Source of the DNA: an uncultured Candidatus Rokubacteria bacterium
GTDB taxonomy: Bacteria > Methylomirabilota > Methylomirabilia > Rokubacteriales > CSP1-6
Length of the DNA: 64,000 bases
Assembly (NCBI GenBank): GCA_963762145.1
Contig: CAVXJS010000021.1
Coordinates: forward strand, 96,001 to 160,000
Direction: 5' to 3'
Position numbers and translations under genes: made by a program. Position 1 is the first letter of the stretch. The number at the start of each line of letters is the position of its first letter. Below the pieces are notes generated by a model. That model did not search any database, was not told where the DNA came from, and was given only the letters and a program-made list of their open reading frames with translations. Of the stretch, positions 43,047 through 54,321 are shown one piece after another.

Positions 43047-45289
43047 TGCCGCTCGCGACCCGACCGTCGCCGGTGGACGAGCAGGAGAAGCGCAAGCGCA
43101 ACCTCCTGATCATCGCCGGGGTCCTCGTCCTGCTGGTGGTGGCCACCGTGTTCGAGGTGGGCATCCGCGCGCCCCAGATCCCGTTCGCCTCCAACCTGAT
43201 CGTCTTCTTCCTCTTCAACCTCAACCTGGTCGTCTTCCTGCTGCTCCTGGTCCTGCTCTTCCGCAACCTGATCAAGCTCTCCTTCGAGCGGCGGCAAAAG
43301 ATCATCGGCTCCCGGTTCAAGGCGAAGCTCGTCTTCACCTTCCTGGCCCTGTCGCTGGTGCCCGGCATCCTGATCTTCCTCATCGCCTCGAACTTCATCA
43401 CCACTTCCATCGAGGGCTGGTTCAAGCCGCAGGTCGAGAAACCGCTCGATCAGGCCATGGAGGTGGCCCAGACCTACTACCAGAGCCTCGAGACCACCGC
43501 GCTGCGCCACGGGCGCTACATGGGCCGCGTGATCGAGCGCGACGGGCTCCTCGTCGAGAGCAAGCGCGAGGCGCTGGCCGGCTACCTGGCCGAGCAGCAG
43601 GAACGCCTCGGCGTCGCCGCCATCACCATCTTCAACCGGGACGGGCAAGAGCTCGTGCACGTGAAGAATCCGGTGCTCGCCACGGTGCCGACCCGCGAGG
43701 CCAACAACGAGCACGTGCGCCAGGCGCTCTCGGGCCAGGAGATCACCACCGTCCACGAGCTCGAGAACGGCGACATGATCCAGGCGATGGTGCCGGTGCG
43801 CGACGGCGACCACCCGGTGCCCGCCGCGATCGTGGTGGCGATCCACGTGCCCCAGCGCCTGGAAGCGCGGCTGCGCAACATCAGCCAGGCCTTTCAGGAG
43901 TACAAGCAGCTCCGCCTGCTCAAGAACCCGATCAAGGGCATCTACATCCTGCTCTTCCTGCTGATGACCCTGATCATCGTCTTCTCCGCCACCTGGTTCG
44001 GCCTCTACCTGGCGCGCGGCATCACCGAGCCCATCCAGATGCTGGCCGAAGGGACTCGAGAAGTCGCGGCGGGCAACCTCAACTACAAGGTGACGGTCCG
44101 GGCCGACGACGAGATCGGCATCCTGGTCGACTCCTTCAACCGGATGACGGGGGATCTCGCGGCCTCCCAGTCGAAGCTGGAGGAGACCTACCAGGATCTG
44201 CAGGCCAAGCACGGCGAGGTGGAAGATCGCCGCCGTTACACCGAGACCGTGCTGGAGGCGGTCGCCACCGGCGTGGTATCGCTGGACGCGGAGGGGCACG
44301 TCACCACCATCAACGGGTCGGCCGAGCGCCTGCTCGGCCTGACCGCGGCGCAGATCCAGGGCCGGCCCGTGGGGCGGGTGTTCCGGTCGCCCGAGTACGC
44401 GGAGATCGACGCGCTGATCCAGCGCATGGGCCGCGGACGCGAGGGCACGCTCGATCGCGAGGTGCATCTCCGCCGCGGCGGCCAGGCGGTGGCCCTGCTC
44501 GCCTCCGCCACCGCGCTGCGCGGCCCCGACGGCGCCTACCTGGGCATGGTGCTGGCCTTCGACGACCTCACCGAGCTGCTGAAGGCGCAGCGCCTGGCCG
44601 CCTGGCGCGAGGTCGCCCAGCGCATCGCCCACGAGATCAAGAACCCGCTCACGCCGATCCAGCTCTCGGCCCAGCGCCTCCGGCGCCGGCTCAGCACCGA
44701 CCGCAGCCCGGACGAGAAACGCCTTCTGGAAGAGGCCACCGCCACCATCATCCAGGAGGTGGACGCCCTCCGGCAGCTGGTGGACGAGTTCTCGCGCTTC
44801 GCCCGCATGCCCGCGCTGACCCCCAAGCCCACCGAGCTGGCGCGGCTGCTCGAGGGCGTGGTGGTGCTCTACCGCGAGTCGCATCCGAGCCTGGCCATCC
44901 GCTCCGCCTTCTCGCCGGATCTGCCCCCGATCGAGGTGGACCCGGACCAGATCAAGCGCGCGGTCCTCAACCTGGTTGACAACGCGGTGGAGGCGGTGGG
45001 CGGCACCGGCGAGGTCTGGGTCCAGACCGCGTACCTGCCCGAGTCGCACCGCGTCCGCATCGTGGTCAGCGACGACGGACCGGGCATCTCGGCCGAGGAC
45101 CGCGAGCGCCTCTTCATGCCCTACTTCTCCACCAAGGCCACCGGCATGGGGCTCGGGCTGCCTATCGTCCATCAGATCGTGTCCGACCACGGCGGGACGA
45201 TCCGCGTGGAGGACAATGCGCCGCGCGGCAGCCGCTTCGTGATCGAGCTGCCCGCGGGCCGGCCGGTGGCCGCGCCGGTGCAGGCCTGA
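43046..45289 (+). CDS. ntrY: NtrY-like sensor histidine kinase (HAMP, PAS)
   Basis: AWREVAQRIAHEIKNPLTPIQLSA, DEIGILVDSFNRM, GMGLGL. Confidence 0.9.
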   Translation: MPLATRPSPVDEQEKRKRNLLIIAGVLVLLVVATVFEVGIRAPQIPFASNLIVFFLFNLNLVVFLLLLVLLFRNLIKLSFERRQKIIGSRFKAKLVFTFLALSLVPGILIFLIASNFITTSIEGWFKPQVEKPLDQAMEVAQTYYQSLETTALRHGRYMGRVIERDGLLVESKREALAGYLAEQQERLGVAAITIFNRDGQELVHVKNPVLATVPTREANNEHVRQALSGQEITTVHELENGDMIQAMVPVRDGDHPVPAAIVVAIHVPQRLEARLRNISQAFQEYKQLRLLKNPIKGIYILLFLLMTLIIVFSATWFGLYLARGITEPIQMLAEGTREVAAGNLNYKVTVRADDEIGILVDSFNRMTGDLAASQSKLEETYQDLQAKHGEVEDRRRYTETVLEAVATGVVSLDAEGHVTTINGSAERLLGLTAAQIQGRPVGRVFRSPEYAEIDALIQRMGRGREGTLDREVHLRRGGQAVALLASATALRGPDGAYLGMVLAFDDLTELLKAQRLAAWREVAQRIAHEIKNPLTPIQLSAQRLRRRLSTDRSPDEKRLLEEATATIIQEVDALRQLVDEFSRFARMPALTPKPTELARLLEGVVVLYRESHPSLAIRSAFSPDLPPIEVDPDQIKRAVLNLVDNAVEAVGGTGEVWVQTAYLPESHRVRIVVSDDGPGISAEDRERLFMPYFSTKATGMGLGLPIVHQIVSDHGGTIRVEDNAPRGSRFVIELPAGRPVAAPVQA

Positions 45290-45297
45290 GACCAGCC

Positions 45298-46662
<1,365 letters not shown>

Positions 46663-46712
46663 CGTACCTCTTCAGGTTCTATCCAATGCGGGGGCCCGGC
46701 TCGGTTGAGCGT

Positions 46713-47950
46713 GTGACCTCCTTCGACCTGTTGCTGCTCGACTGTCGGCTTCCGGATGGCCGCGTGGCGGACATCGGTTGCCTCGGTGGGCGCATCGTCG
46801 AGATCGGGGCGCTCGCGGGGCGGGCGGCGGAGCGCGAGATCCTCTGTGAAGGACGCGCGGTGACGGCGGGGCTCGTGGATGCGCACGTTCACCTCGACAA
46901 GGCCTTGCTGGGCGCGCGGGCCCCCAGTGAGCTGGGCACGGTGGCCGAGGCGATCCGGGTCACCGGCCTGGCCAAGCGCAGCTTCACCCGCGCGGACATC
47001 GCGGATCGGGCGCGGCGCGTGCTCGACCTGGCGGTGCGCCAGGGCACCACCGCGATGCGCAGTCACGTGGAGGTGGACCCGATCGTCGGCCTCATGGGCT
47101 TCGAGGCGCTCCTGCCGCTCCGGCGCGAGTACGCACCCGCGATCGACCTGCAGCTCTGCGCCTTCGCCCAGGAGGGGATCCTCCAGATGCCCGGCACCGA
47201 GGCGCTCCTCCGCGAGGCCCTCCGCATGGGAGCGGACCTGGTGGGCGGCGTTCCCTACAACGACACCGACGCGCACCGGCACATCGCCATCGTCTTCGAC
47301 CTCGCGGCCGAGTTTCGGAGTGGATGTGGACTTCCACGCCGACTTCTTCGACGAGCCGCAGCATCTCCACGCCCTGCACATCGCGGAGGAGACGGTCCGG
47401 CGCGGCTGGCAGGGCCGCGTGGCGCTCGGTCACATGAGCGAGATGGCCGCGCTCCCGCCCGACGAGCAGGAGCGGGTGGCCCGCGCGCTGGCCGATGCCG
47501 GGGTGCCGGTCATCTGCTGCCCGCGACCGATCTCTACCTGATGGGGCGCAAGGACGTGCGCGCCGTACGCCGCGGAATCGCGCCGGTCAAGCGCCTGCTC
47601 GCGGCGGGCGTGACGGTGGCCGCGGCGACCAACAACGTCCGCAACGCGTTCACCCCGCTCGGCACCGCGGGGCTCCCGCTCATGGGGTACCTGCTCGGCG
47701 TCGCCGCGCACATGGGGGCCGACCCGGAGCTGCGCCTCGTCCTCGACATGCTCGGCGCGCACCCGGCGCGCATTCTGCGGCTGCCCGATCACGGCCTGGC
47801 GGTGGGCCGCCGGGCGGACCTGGTCATCTGGGACGCCGAGCGCGCGGAGGACATCGTCGCCCCCTCGCCCCGTGCCTCCTGGTGGTCAAGGCCGGGCGGG
47901 TCAGCATCGAGCACGGGAGGTCGGTGGCGGAGCCCTGGCGCAATTCTTGA
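46713..47950 (+). CDS. Cytosine/creatinine deaminase-like amidohydrolase (about three frameshifts)
   Basis: VDAHVHLDK, GTTAMRSHVE, AFAQEG, DFHAD, NNVRNAFTP spread over frames. Confidence 0.8.
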
Positions 47951-47975
47951 CCCCGGCCCCGGGACAGACTACGGT
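47947..47975 (+). promoter_or_regulatory. Sigma70-like promoter of the cyclase gene
   Basis: TTGACC-17 bp-TACGGT, ending 11 nt before ATG 47987; no SD. Confidence 0.5.
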
Positions 47976-47986
47976 GCCCCCACCAG

Positions 47987-50900
47987 ATGCAGTGCCTCCA
48001 GTGCCACGCGGATAACCCGCCCCCGGCGAAGTTCTGCGCGGACTGCGGCGCGGCGCTCTCGCCCTCATGCCGGCGGTGCGCCAGCCCGCTGCCGCCGACC
48101 GCGCGCTTCTGCCCGGAGTGCGCGGAGCCCACCGGGGCGCGGCCCACCGAAGGCTCCCGCTTCGCGTCGCCCCGTGTCTACACTCCCCGGCACCTGGCGG
48201 ATCGCATGCAGGGCATGCGCGACTCGCTCGAGGGCGAGCGCAAGCAGGTCACGGTGCTGTTCGCGGATCTCAAGAGCTCGCTCGAGCTTCTGGCCGACCG
48301 TGACCCCGAGGAGGCGCGGCAGATCCTCGACCCGATCCTCGAATCCATGATGGAGGCGGTCCACCACTACGAGGGCACCGTCAACCAGGTGCTGGGCGAC
48401 GGGATCATGGCCCTCTTCGGCGCGCCGCTGGCCCACGAGGATCATGCCCTCCGCGCCTGCTACGCGGCACTGCGCATGCAGGACTCGGTCCGGCGCTACG
48501 TGGCCGGGATCCCGGGCCTCGGGGTGCCGGTGCGGATCCGGGTCGGGATCAACTCGGGTGAGGTCGTGGTGCGGGCGATCGGCGGCGACCTGCACATGGA
48601 CTACTCGGCGGTCGGCCAGACCACGCACCTCGCCGCCCGCATGGAGCAGCTCGCGCAGCCGGGCGCCACCCTGCTCACCCGCGAGACCCTGCAGCTCGTC
48701 CGGGGCCACGTCGCGGTGCGGCCGACGGGGCCCCTCGTGATCAAGGGTCTCACCGACCCGCTCGAGGCCTTCGAGCTGATCGGACGTGGACAGGCGCGCT
48801 CCCGGCTCCAGGCTTCCGCGACCCGCGGGCTCACCCGCTTCGTCGGGCGCGAGACCGAGCTCGGCATGCTCGGGCGCGCGATGGAGCGCGCCGGGGCCGG
48901 GTACGGGCAGATCGTCTGCGTCATCGGCGAGCCCGGGGTGGGCAAGTCGCGCCTCCTTCACGAGTTCATCCACGACACCCTGCCCCCCGCATGGCGGGTG
49001 ATCGAGACGGCCACTGTGTCCTACGGGCGGGCGACGCCGTACCTGCCGGTCGTCGCGCTGCTGCGCGACTACTTCCAGGTCGAGGACGGCGACGACGAGG
49101 TCAAGGTGCTCGACAAGGTGGGCGCGCGCCTGCGCGGCCTCGACGACACGCTCGCCGCGGACATCCCGGTGGTGCTCTCCCTCCTGGACGCGCCCGTCGC
49201 CGACGACGCCTGGGACGCGCTCGATCCGACCCAGCAGCGACGCCGCACGCTGGAGTTCCTGCGGCGCCTCTTTCTCCTGGAGAGCCAGGCCCGGCCGCTC
49301 TGCCTCGTGCTGGAGGACCTGCACTGGATCGATTCGGAGTCGCAATCCCTGCTCGACCGGGTGATCGAGAGCCTGCCGACCGCCCGGATCCTCTGCGTGG
49401 TCAGCTCGCGGCCCGAGGTCGAGCACGACTGGTCCAACAAGAGCTACTACACCCAGATCTCGCTCGAGCCGCTCGCGCCCGGGCTCGCCCAGGCGCTGCT
49501 GGATACGCTCCTGGGAGGTGATGCCGCGCTCGACACTCTCAAGGGGCAGCTCATCGAGCGGACGGAGGGGAACCCCTTCTTCCTGGAGGAGAGCGTGTGG
49601 CATCTCGCGGAGACGGGCGCGCTCACCGGCGCCCGCGGCGACTACCGGCCCGCCCGCACGGTCCGCGACGCACAGGTGCCCGCGACCGTCCACGCGGTGC
49701 TGGCCGCCCGCATCGACCGCCTGCCCGCGCTGGAGAAGCGTCTCCTGCAGGCCGCCGCGGTCATCGGCAAGGACGTGCCGGTGTCCCTGCTCGCCGCGAT
49801 CGGCGATCTCGGCGAGGATCGGCTGCGGCTCGCGCTGCGGCAGCTCCAGGCCGCCGAGCTGCTCTACGAGATCCCGCTGTTCCCGGCACCCGAGTACACG
49901 TTCAAGCACGCGCTGACGTACGAGGTGGCCGCGGCCAGCGTCCTGCGGGAGCGCCGGCGCGCGCTCGACGGGCGCATCGTGGAGACGATCGAGGCCCTCG
50001 GAGCCGAGCCGCGCGCGGACCAGGTCGAGCGGCTCGCGCACCACGCCCTCCGCGGCGAGGTCTGGGACAAGGCGCTGACCTATTGCCGCCAGGCCGGCGC
50101 CCGCGCCTTCGCGCGCTCGGCTCACCGTGCGGCGGTGGAGTGGTTCGAGCGCGCGCTCACCGCGCTCGCACACCTGCCGGAGACACCGGACACCGCGGGG
50201 ACCGCGATCGACCTGCGCCTCGAGCTCCGCTCCTCCCTGAGCCCGCTGGCCGAGTTCAGCCGGATGCAGGACCACCTGCAGGAGGCGGAGCGGCTCGCGG
50301 AGGCGGCGGGCGACCGGCGCCGGCAGGGGCTGGTCGCCGCGTTCCTGACGAACTTCCACACCGTGATGCTCGAGCTCCGGCGGGCCATCGAGTACGGGGA
50401 ACGCGCCGTCGCGATCGCGGCCCAGGTGAGCGACGTCGAGACGCAGGTGCTGGCGCATACGTTCCTTGGTCTCGCGCGCTACGGACAGGGCGACTACCGT
50501 GCCGCGGTTCAGCTGGCGCGCCACAACGTGGCCCTCCTGCGGGGCGACCTGGTCCGGGAGCGCTTCGGCATGGCGGTCCTGCCCGCGGTCTACTCGCGCA
50601 CCGTGCTCGTGTGGAGCCTGGCCGAGCTGGGCGAGTTCGCCGACGGCCTCGCGGTCGGCCAGGAGAATGCGCGGATCGCGGAGGCGGCCGAGCATCCCTA
50701 CAGCATCGTCTTCAGCCGGTGCGGGCTGGGTGCGCTGCACCTGCGTCAGGGCGACCTTCCGCGCGCGGTGGCCGAGCTCGAGAACGGGCTCGCGCTGTGC
50801 CGCAGCGCCGACATCCGCGCCCCCCTCCTGAACGTGGTGACCCCGCTCTGCTCGGCCTACGCCCTGGCCGGGCGGATCACCGACGCGCGGAGGGTGGTGG

Positions 50901-51358
50901 ACGAGGCGGTGGAGATGGCGGTCGCGATGGGCGATCCCCTCGGGCACTGGCTCCGGACGGGGGTGCTCGCCGAGATCCACCTGGCCGCCGGGCGCGCCGA
51001 GGACGCGCTGCCCCTGGCCCGGCGCGCGGTCGAGCTGACCCGCTACGTGAAGAGCCGCGGGTCGGAGGCCTGGGCGATGCGCCTCCTGGGAGAGGCGGAG
51101 GCGAGCCAGCCGGTCCCGCTCGCCGACGACGCGCAGGCCACCTACCGCCACGCCCTCGCCCGGGCGCTGGAGCTGGAGATGCGTCCCCTCCAGGCGCGGT
51201 GCCACCTCGGGCTCGCGACCCTCGCGCGGCGGATCGGGCACGACCACGAGGCGCAGGCCGAGATCCAGATCGCCCGGGACACATTCCAGGCGCTCGCCAT
51301 GCCCTACTGGTCGGCTCGCGCGGAATCGGTCCTGGACGCGAAGCCCGCGGGAGGCTGA
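47987..51358 (+). CDS. Double zinc ribbon - class III nucleotide cyclase - AAA/STAND ATPase - TPR protein
   Basis: Four CxxC; VLFADL..GDGIMALFGAP..LAARM; GEPGVGKS; LEDLHW; GNPFFLEE; helical TPR-like C-terminus. Confidence 0.92.
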   Translation: MQCLQCHADNPPPAKFCADCGAALSPSCRRCASPLPPTARFCPECAEPTGARPTEGSRFASPRVYTPRHLADRMQGMRDSLEGERKQVTVLFADLKSSLELLADRDPEEARQILDPILESMMEAVHHYEGTVNQVLGDGIMALFGAPLAHEDHALRACYAALRMQDSVRRYVAGIPGLGVPVRIRVGINSGEVVVRAIGGDLHMDYSAVGQTTHLAARMEQLAQPGATLLTRETLQLVRGHVAVRPTGPLVIKGLTDPLEAFELIGRGQARSRLQASATRGLTRFVGRETELGMLGRAMERAGAGYGQIVCVIGEPGVGKSRLLHEFIHDTLPPAWRVIETATVSYGRATPYLPVVALLRDYFQVEDGDDEVKVLDKVGARLRGLDDTLAADIPVVLSLLDAPVADDAWDALDPTQQRRRTLEFLRRLFLLESQARPLCLVLEDLHWIDSESQSLLDRVIESLPTARILCVVSSRPEVEHDWSNKSYYTQISLEPLAPGLAQALLDTLLGGDAALDTLKGQLIERTEGNPFFLEESVWHLAETGALTGARGDYRPARTVRDAQVPATVHAVLAARIDRLPALEKRLLQAAAVIGKDVPVSLLAAIGDLGEDRLRLALRQLQAAELLYEIPLFPAPEYTFKHALTYEVAAASVLRERRRALDGRIVETIEALGAEPRADQVERLAHHALRGEVWDKALTYCRQAGARAFARSAHRAAVEWFERALTALAHLPETPDTAGTAIDLRLELRSSLSPLAEFSRMQDHLQEAERLAEAAGDRRRQGLVAAFLTNFHTVMLELRRAIEYGERAVAIAAQVSDVETQVLAHTFLGLARYGQGDYRAAVQLARHNVALLRGDLVRERFGMAVLPAVYSRTVLVWSLAELGEFADGLAVGQENARIAEAAEHPYSIVFSRCGLGALHLRQGDLPRAVAELENGLALCRSADIRAPLLNVVTPLCSAYALAGRITDARRVVDEAVEMAVAMGDPLGHWLRTGVLAEIHLAAGRAEDALPLARRAVELTRYVKSRGSEAWAMRLLGEAEASQPVPLADDAQATYRHALARALELEMRPLQARCHLGLATLARRIGHDHEAQAEIQIARDTFQALAMPYWSARAESVLDAKPAGG

Positions 51359-51445
51359 GCCCGGCTTGTTGCGGTGCTCCCCCTCGCGTGATAGCGTCCC
51401 CGGCTGGTAATCCCTCTCCACTTGGATCTGAAGGAGGGCCCAATC

Positions 51446-52063
51446 ATGTCAGGTGGCACCCGCGGCGGCCAGGCGAAGCTCATCATCAAGAAAAAGACCG
51501 TGCACTGGCCTCCCAGCCCGGGCCAGTCGGGCCACCACAAGATCGAGAAGGAGAGCGAGGTCGACGCCCAGACGCCACCGCCCGACCACGCGCTCCAGCT
51601 CAAGCTCGGGCTCCGGATCAAGGCCGCGCAGGAAGTCGAGCTCTTCGAGGTCCGCCAGGCCTCGACGGGAACCCAGATGCCCCTGAGCGCGCAGCCGGCC
51701 AATGACTCGATCGCCCAGGATCTGGAGATCGCGCTCGGACGCGCCGCCGACGAGCGCTGGGCAACCTATCTGGCCAGCTACCAGCCCAGCTTCGGGACGA
51801 AGTTCACGTCGAAGCTCCGGCTGAGTCCTTTCGACGTGCACGATAACGGCTTCCAGGTCGTCACGGTCGCCTTCACGCACGCGAACCGCCAGTTCGCCAC
51901 CGACAACTACATCTTCGGGCTCAGCATCCTGCCCGGAAAGAACAACGCGGGAATCCAGCTCGGCCTCAACCCAGCGCCGGCGAAGAAGTCGAAGCCCGCG
52001 AAGAAGGCCAAGGCCGTCAAGAAGCCGAAGAAGGCAAAGGGCGCGAAGCGACGGAAGCGCTAG
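51446..52063 (+). CDS. Hypothetical protein with a Lys/Ala-rich histone-like C-terminal tail
   Basis: GGAGGG RBS; GC3-biased ORF; tail PAPAKKSKPAKKAKAVKKPKKAKGAKRRKR. Confidence 0.7.
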   Translation: MSGGTRGGQAKLIIKKKTVHWPPSPGQSGHHKIEKESEVDAQTPPPDHALQLKLGLRIKAAQEVELFEVRQASTGTQMPLSAQPANDSIAQDLEIALGRAADERWATYLASYQPSFGTKFTSKLRLSPFDVHDNGFQVVTVAFTHANRQFATDNYIFGLSILPGKNNAGIQLGLNPAPAKKSKPAKKAKAVKKPKKAKGAKRRKR

Positions 52064-54321
52064 ACCACGAGCCGATCCGCCCCGACGGCCGCGTCACCCG
52101 CGATGCCGCCTCGGGGGCTCTGCGCAGCTGGGTCGACCCGGGCGCGGCGCCGCTCGTGCAAGGGGCGTTCGCGCCGCGCGAGCTCGCGCGAGAGGTCTGC
52201 GAGCGCAGCGCCCGCCTGTTCCGATGGGCTCCCGGGCTGCCCGATCTGCGAGACGCCGCGCTCCTCCGGAGTCCGGTTGCCTGGTCGGCCCGTCTGAGCC
52301 AGGAATTCAAGGGGCTCCTCGTCGACGCGAGCGAGATCGTCGTGAACATCACGACGGACGGCCGTCTCCAGTCGGTGTACAACCAGTATCATTACGACAT
52401 CCCGCCGGATCTCGATCCCGCTCGGGTCACGATCGACCCGATCCAGGCCCGGCAGCTCGTCGCCCGCCTCGCCCGCGGATATCGCAACCGGGAGATCAGC
52501 CAGCCTCGCCTCCTCGTGCACCGGCACGAACCGATCGAGAAGGGCCCACCACCGCGGGGGCGTCGCCGACGGGCGCGGCGCCCCAGCGAGCGCGCCAGGT
52601 TCCTGGCCGCGGTGGGCGCGGAGCTCGCGCGAGGCCGGCGGCGGGGCCCGGGCCCCCGAGTCGGCGCCCACGTGCTCGCCTGGGACGTGAGACTCGACAC
52701 CACGCGACCACTTCATCGCTGGCGCATCCTGGTGGACGCGGTATCCGGGCGTCTCCTGGAGGTGCGCGATCTCCTCGCGTACGCGACCGGGCAGGCCAAG
52801 GTATTCGATCCGAATCCGATCGTCAGCAGCGGCGACCTCGGCCTGTCCTCGGCGACGTCTTCTACCAAGCTGAACGCCGAGCGGGTCAGCGTGACGCTCC
52901 TGCGCCTCGATCCCCCCCTCGCCGACGGCCGCCTTCGGCTCGACGGCGCGTGGGTGCGCATCCACGACTTTGGTGATCCGACCCCGGCGGAGCCCGCCAA
53001 CTCCACGGGGCATTTCGTGTTCAGCAGCAGCAGCCCGAGCTTCCTCGCCGCGATGGTCTATTTCCACATCGACCGGTTCCAGCAGTACGTCCAGACCGAC
53101 CTCGGGTTGTCGGGCGTTGGCAATCTCTCGGTGCCGGTGGACCCTCAGCTGGGTACCAGCGACGGCTCTCACGGGACGGGCGCCGGGCTCGGCCTCGGGG
53201 ACGATGCGGTGCCGGACGCCTCCGACGCGATGGTCATCCTCCACGAGTACGGCCACTTCCTGCAGGATCGAGTGAACCCGGGGTCGTCCGTCGGAAACTT
53301 CCCGAGCGGCGTCGGCGAGGGCTTCGGCGACTTCCTCGCCGCCGTCTACTACGACGACAAGCACACCAACCCGGCCGAGACCCGCGGGCTCATGTTCTCG
53401 TGGAACGCGAATCCAACCGAGAGCTCCGCGGGACGAAGCTACAAGCTCGCGGCGGCGAGCGAAACGGCCTGGGACGCGGGAGGGGGCTACGAGCGGGGCG
53501 CGCTCTGGTGCTCCACGATGTTCGAGCTCTATCGCAAGCTCGGCGGCGACTCGGCCCGGCCGGATCGCAAGGCCGCCGGCCGCGATCTGGCTATCCGGCT
53601 CCATATCCTCGCGAACATGCACGTGCTCGGGGAGAGCGCCACCGTGACCGAGATGGCACAGGAGATCGAGACGGCCGATTGGAAGATGGGCGGCTGGCGG
53701 TACCCCAACGGCCTGCACGGCAAGGTCATCCGCGACACCTTCCGTCTGCGCCACGTCCGCGAGTACTCCGCCCCGGCGGTGGACGTCTACGTCGATGACG
53801 GCCGGAACGGCGGCTACGGGTCCGCGAGCGGAAACGACATGTTCGAGGAGGTGCTCTGGAAGGAGCGCCACGATGACGCGACCGACGTCTGGGTGCGGAA
53901 CGTGGCGACTCCCGGCACGCCGGCGGACCATGTGGCGCGGCCCCGCGTCAATGCCCCGGCCTTCGTCTTCGCACGCGTCAGGAACCGCGGCGCGAGCGCC
54001 TCCGGGCCGATCACGGTGAGGGCATTCCGCCGCGCGCCGGGCCGGCCGGGTCGGTGGCCGGTCGACTGGACGGAGCTGGCCGGTCCGCCGGGCGCGATGC
54101 CGAGCACGATCCCCGCCGCGCCCGGGGGCGGAGTGATCGTCGGGCCCTTCCCGTGGACGCCCACCGCCGCCGGCAAGCAGGCCATCCTGGTGGTGGTCGA
54201 GAGCGCGGAGGACCGGGCGGTGACCCAGGACCTCGCCGCCGGCGCCCAGGTGGACTGGATGGACCTGGTGCCCTTCGACAACAACCTCGCGGTGCGCGAG
54301 GTGCGGGCTACGCGGGCGTGA
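52063..54321 (+). CDS. M36/M4-like zinc metallopeptidase with FTP/PepSY-like prodomain and C-terminal beta-sandwich; start uncertain
   Basis: ILVDAVSGRLL, KVFDPNP, YFHIDRFQ, HEYGH..GEGFGD, DNNLAVR; frame is open upstream of GTG 52156. Confidence 0.8.
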   Translation, partial: DHEPIRPDGRVTRDAASGALRSWVDPGAAPLVQGAFAPRELAREVCERSARLFRWAPGLPDLRDAALLRSPVAWSARLSQEFKGLLVDASEIVVNITTDGRLQSVYNQYHYDIPPDLDPARVTIDPIQARQLVARLARGYRNREISQPRLLVHRHEPIEKGPPPRGRRRRARRPSERARFLAAVGAELARGRRRGPGPRVGAHVLAWDVRLDTTRPLHRWRILVDAVSGRLLEVRDLLAYATGQAKVFDPNPIVSSGDLGLSSATSSTKLNAERVSVTLLRLDPPLADGRLRLDGAWVRIHDFGDPTPAEPANSTGHFVFSSSSPSFLAAMVYFHIDRFQQYVQTDLGLSGVGNLSVPVDPQLGTSDGSHGTGAGLGLGDDAVPDASDAMVILHEYGHFLQDRVNPGSSVGNFPSGVGEGFGDFLAAVYYDDKHTNPAETRGLMFSWNANPTESSAGRSYKLAAASETAWDAGGGYERGALWCSTMFELYRKLGGDSARPDRKAAGRDLAIRLHILANMHVLGESATVTEMAQEIETADWKMGGWRYPNGLHGKVIRDTFRLRHVREYSAPAVDVYVDDGRNGGYGSASGNDMFEEVLWKERHDDATDVWVRNVATPGTPADHVARPRVNAPAFVFARVRNRGASASGPITVRAFRRAPGRPGRWPVDWTELAGPPGAMPSTIPAAPGGGVIVGPFPWTPTAAGKQAILVVVESAEDRAVTQDLAAGAQVDWMDLVPFDNNLAVREVRATRA

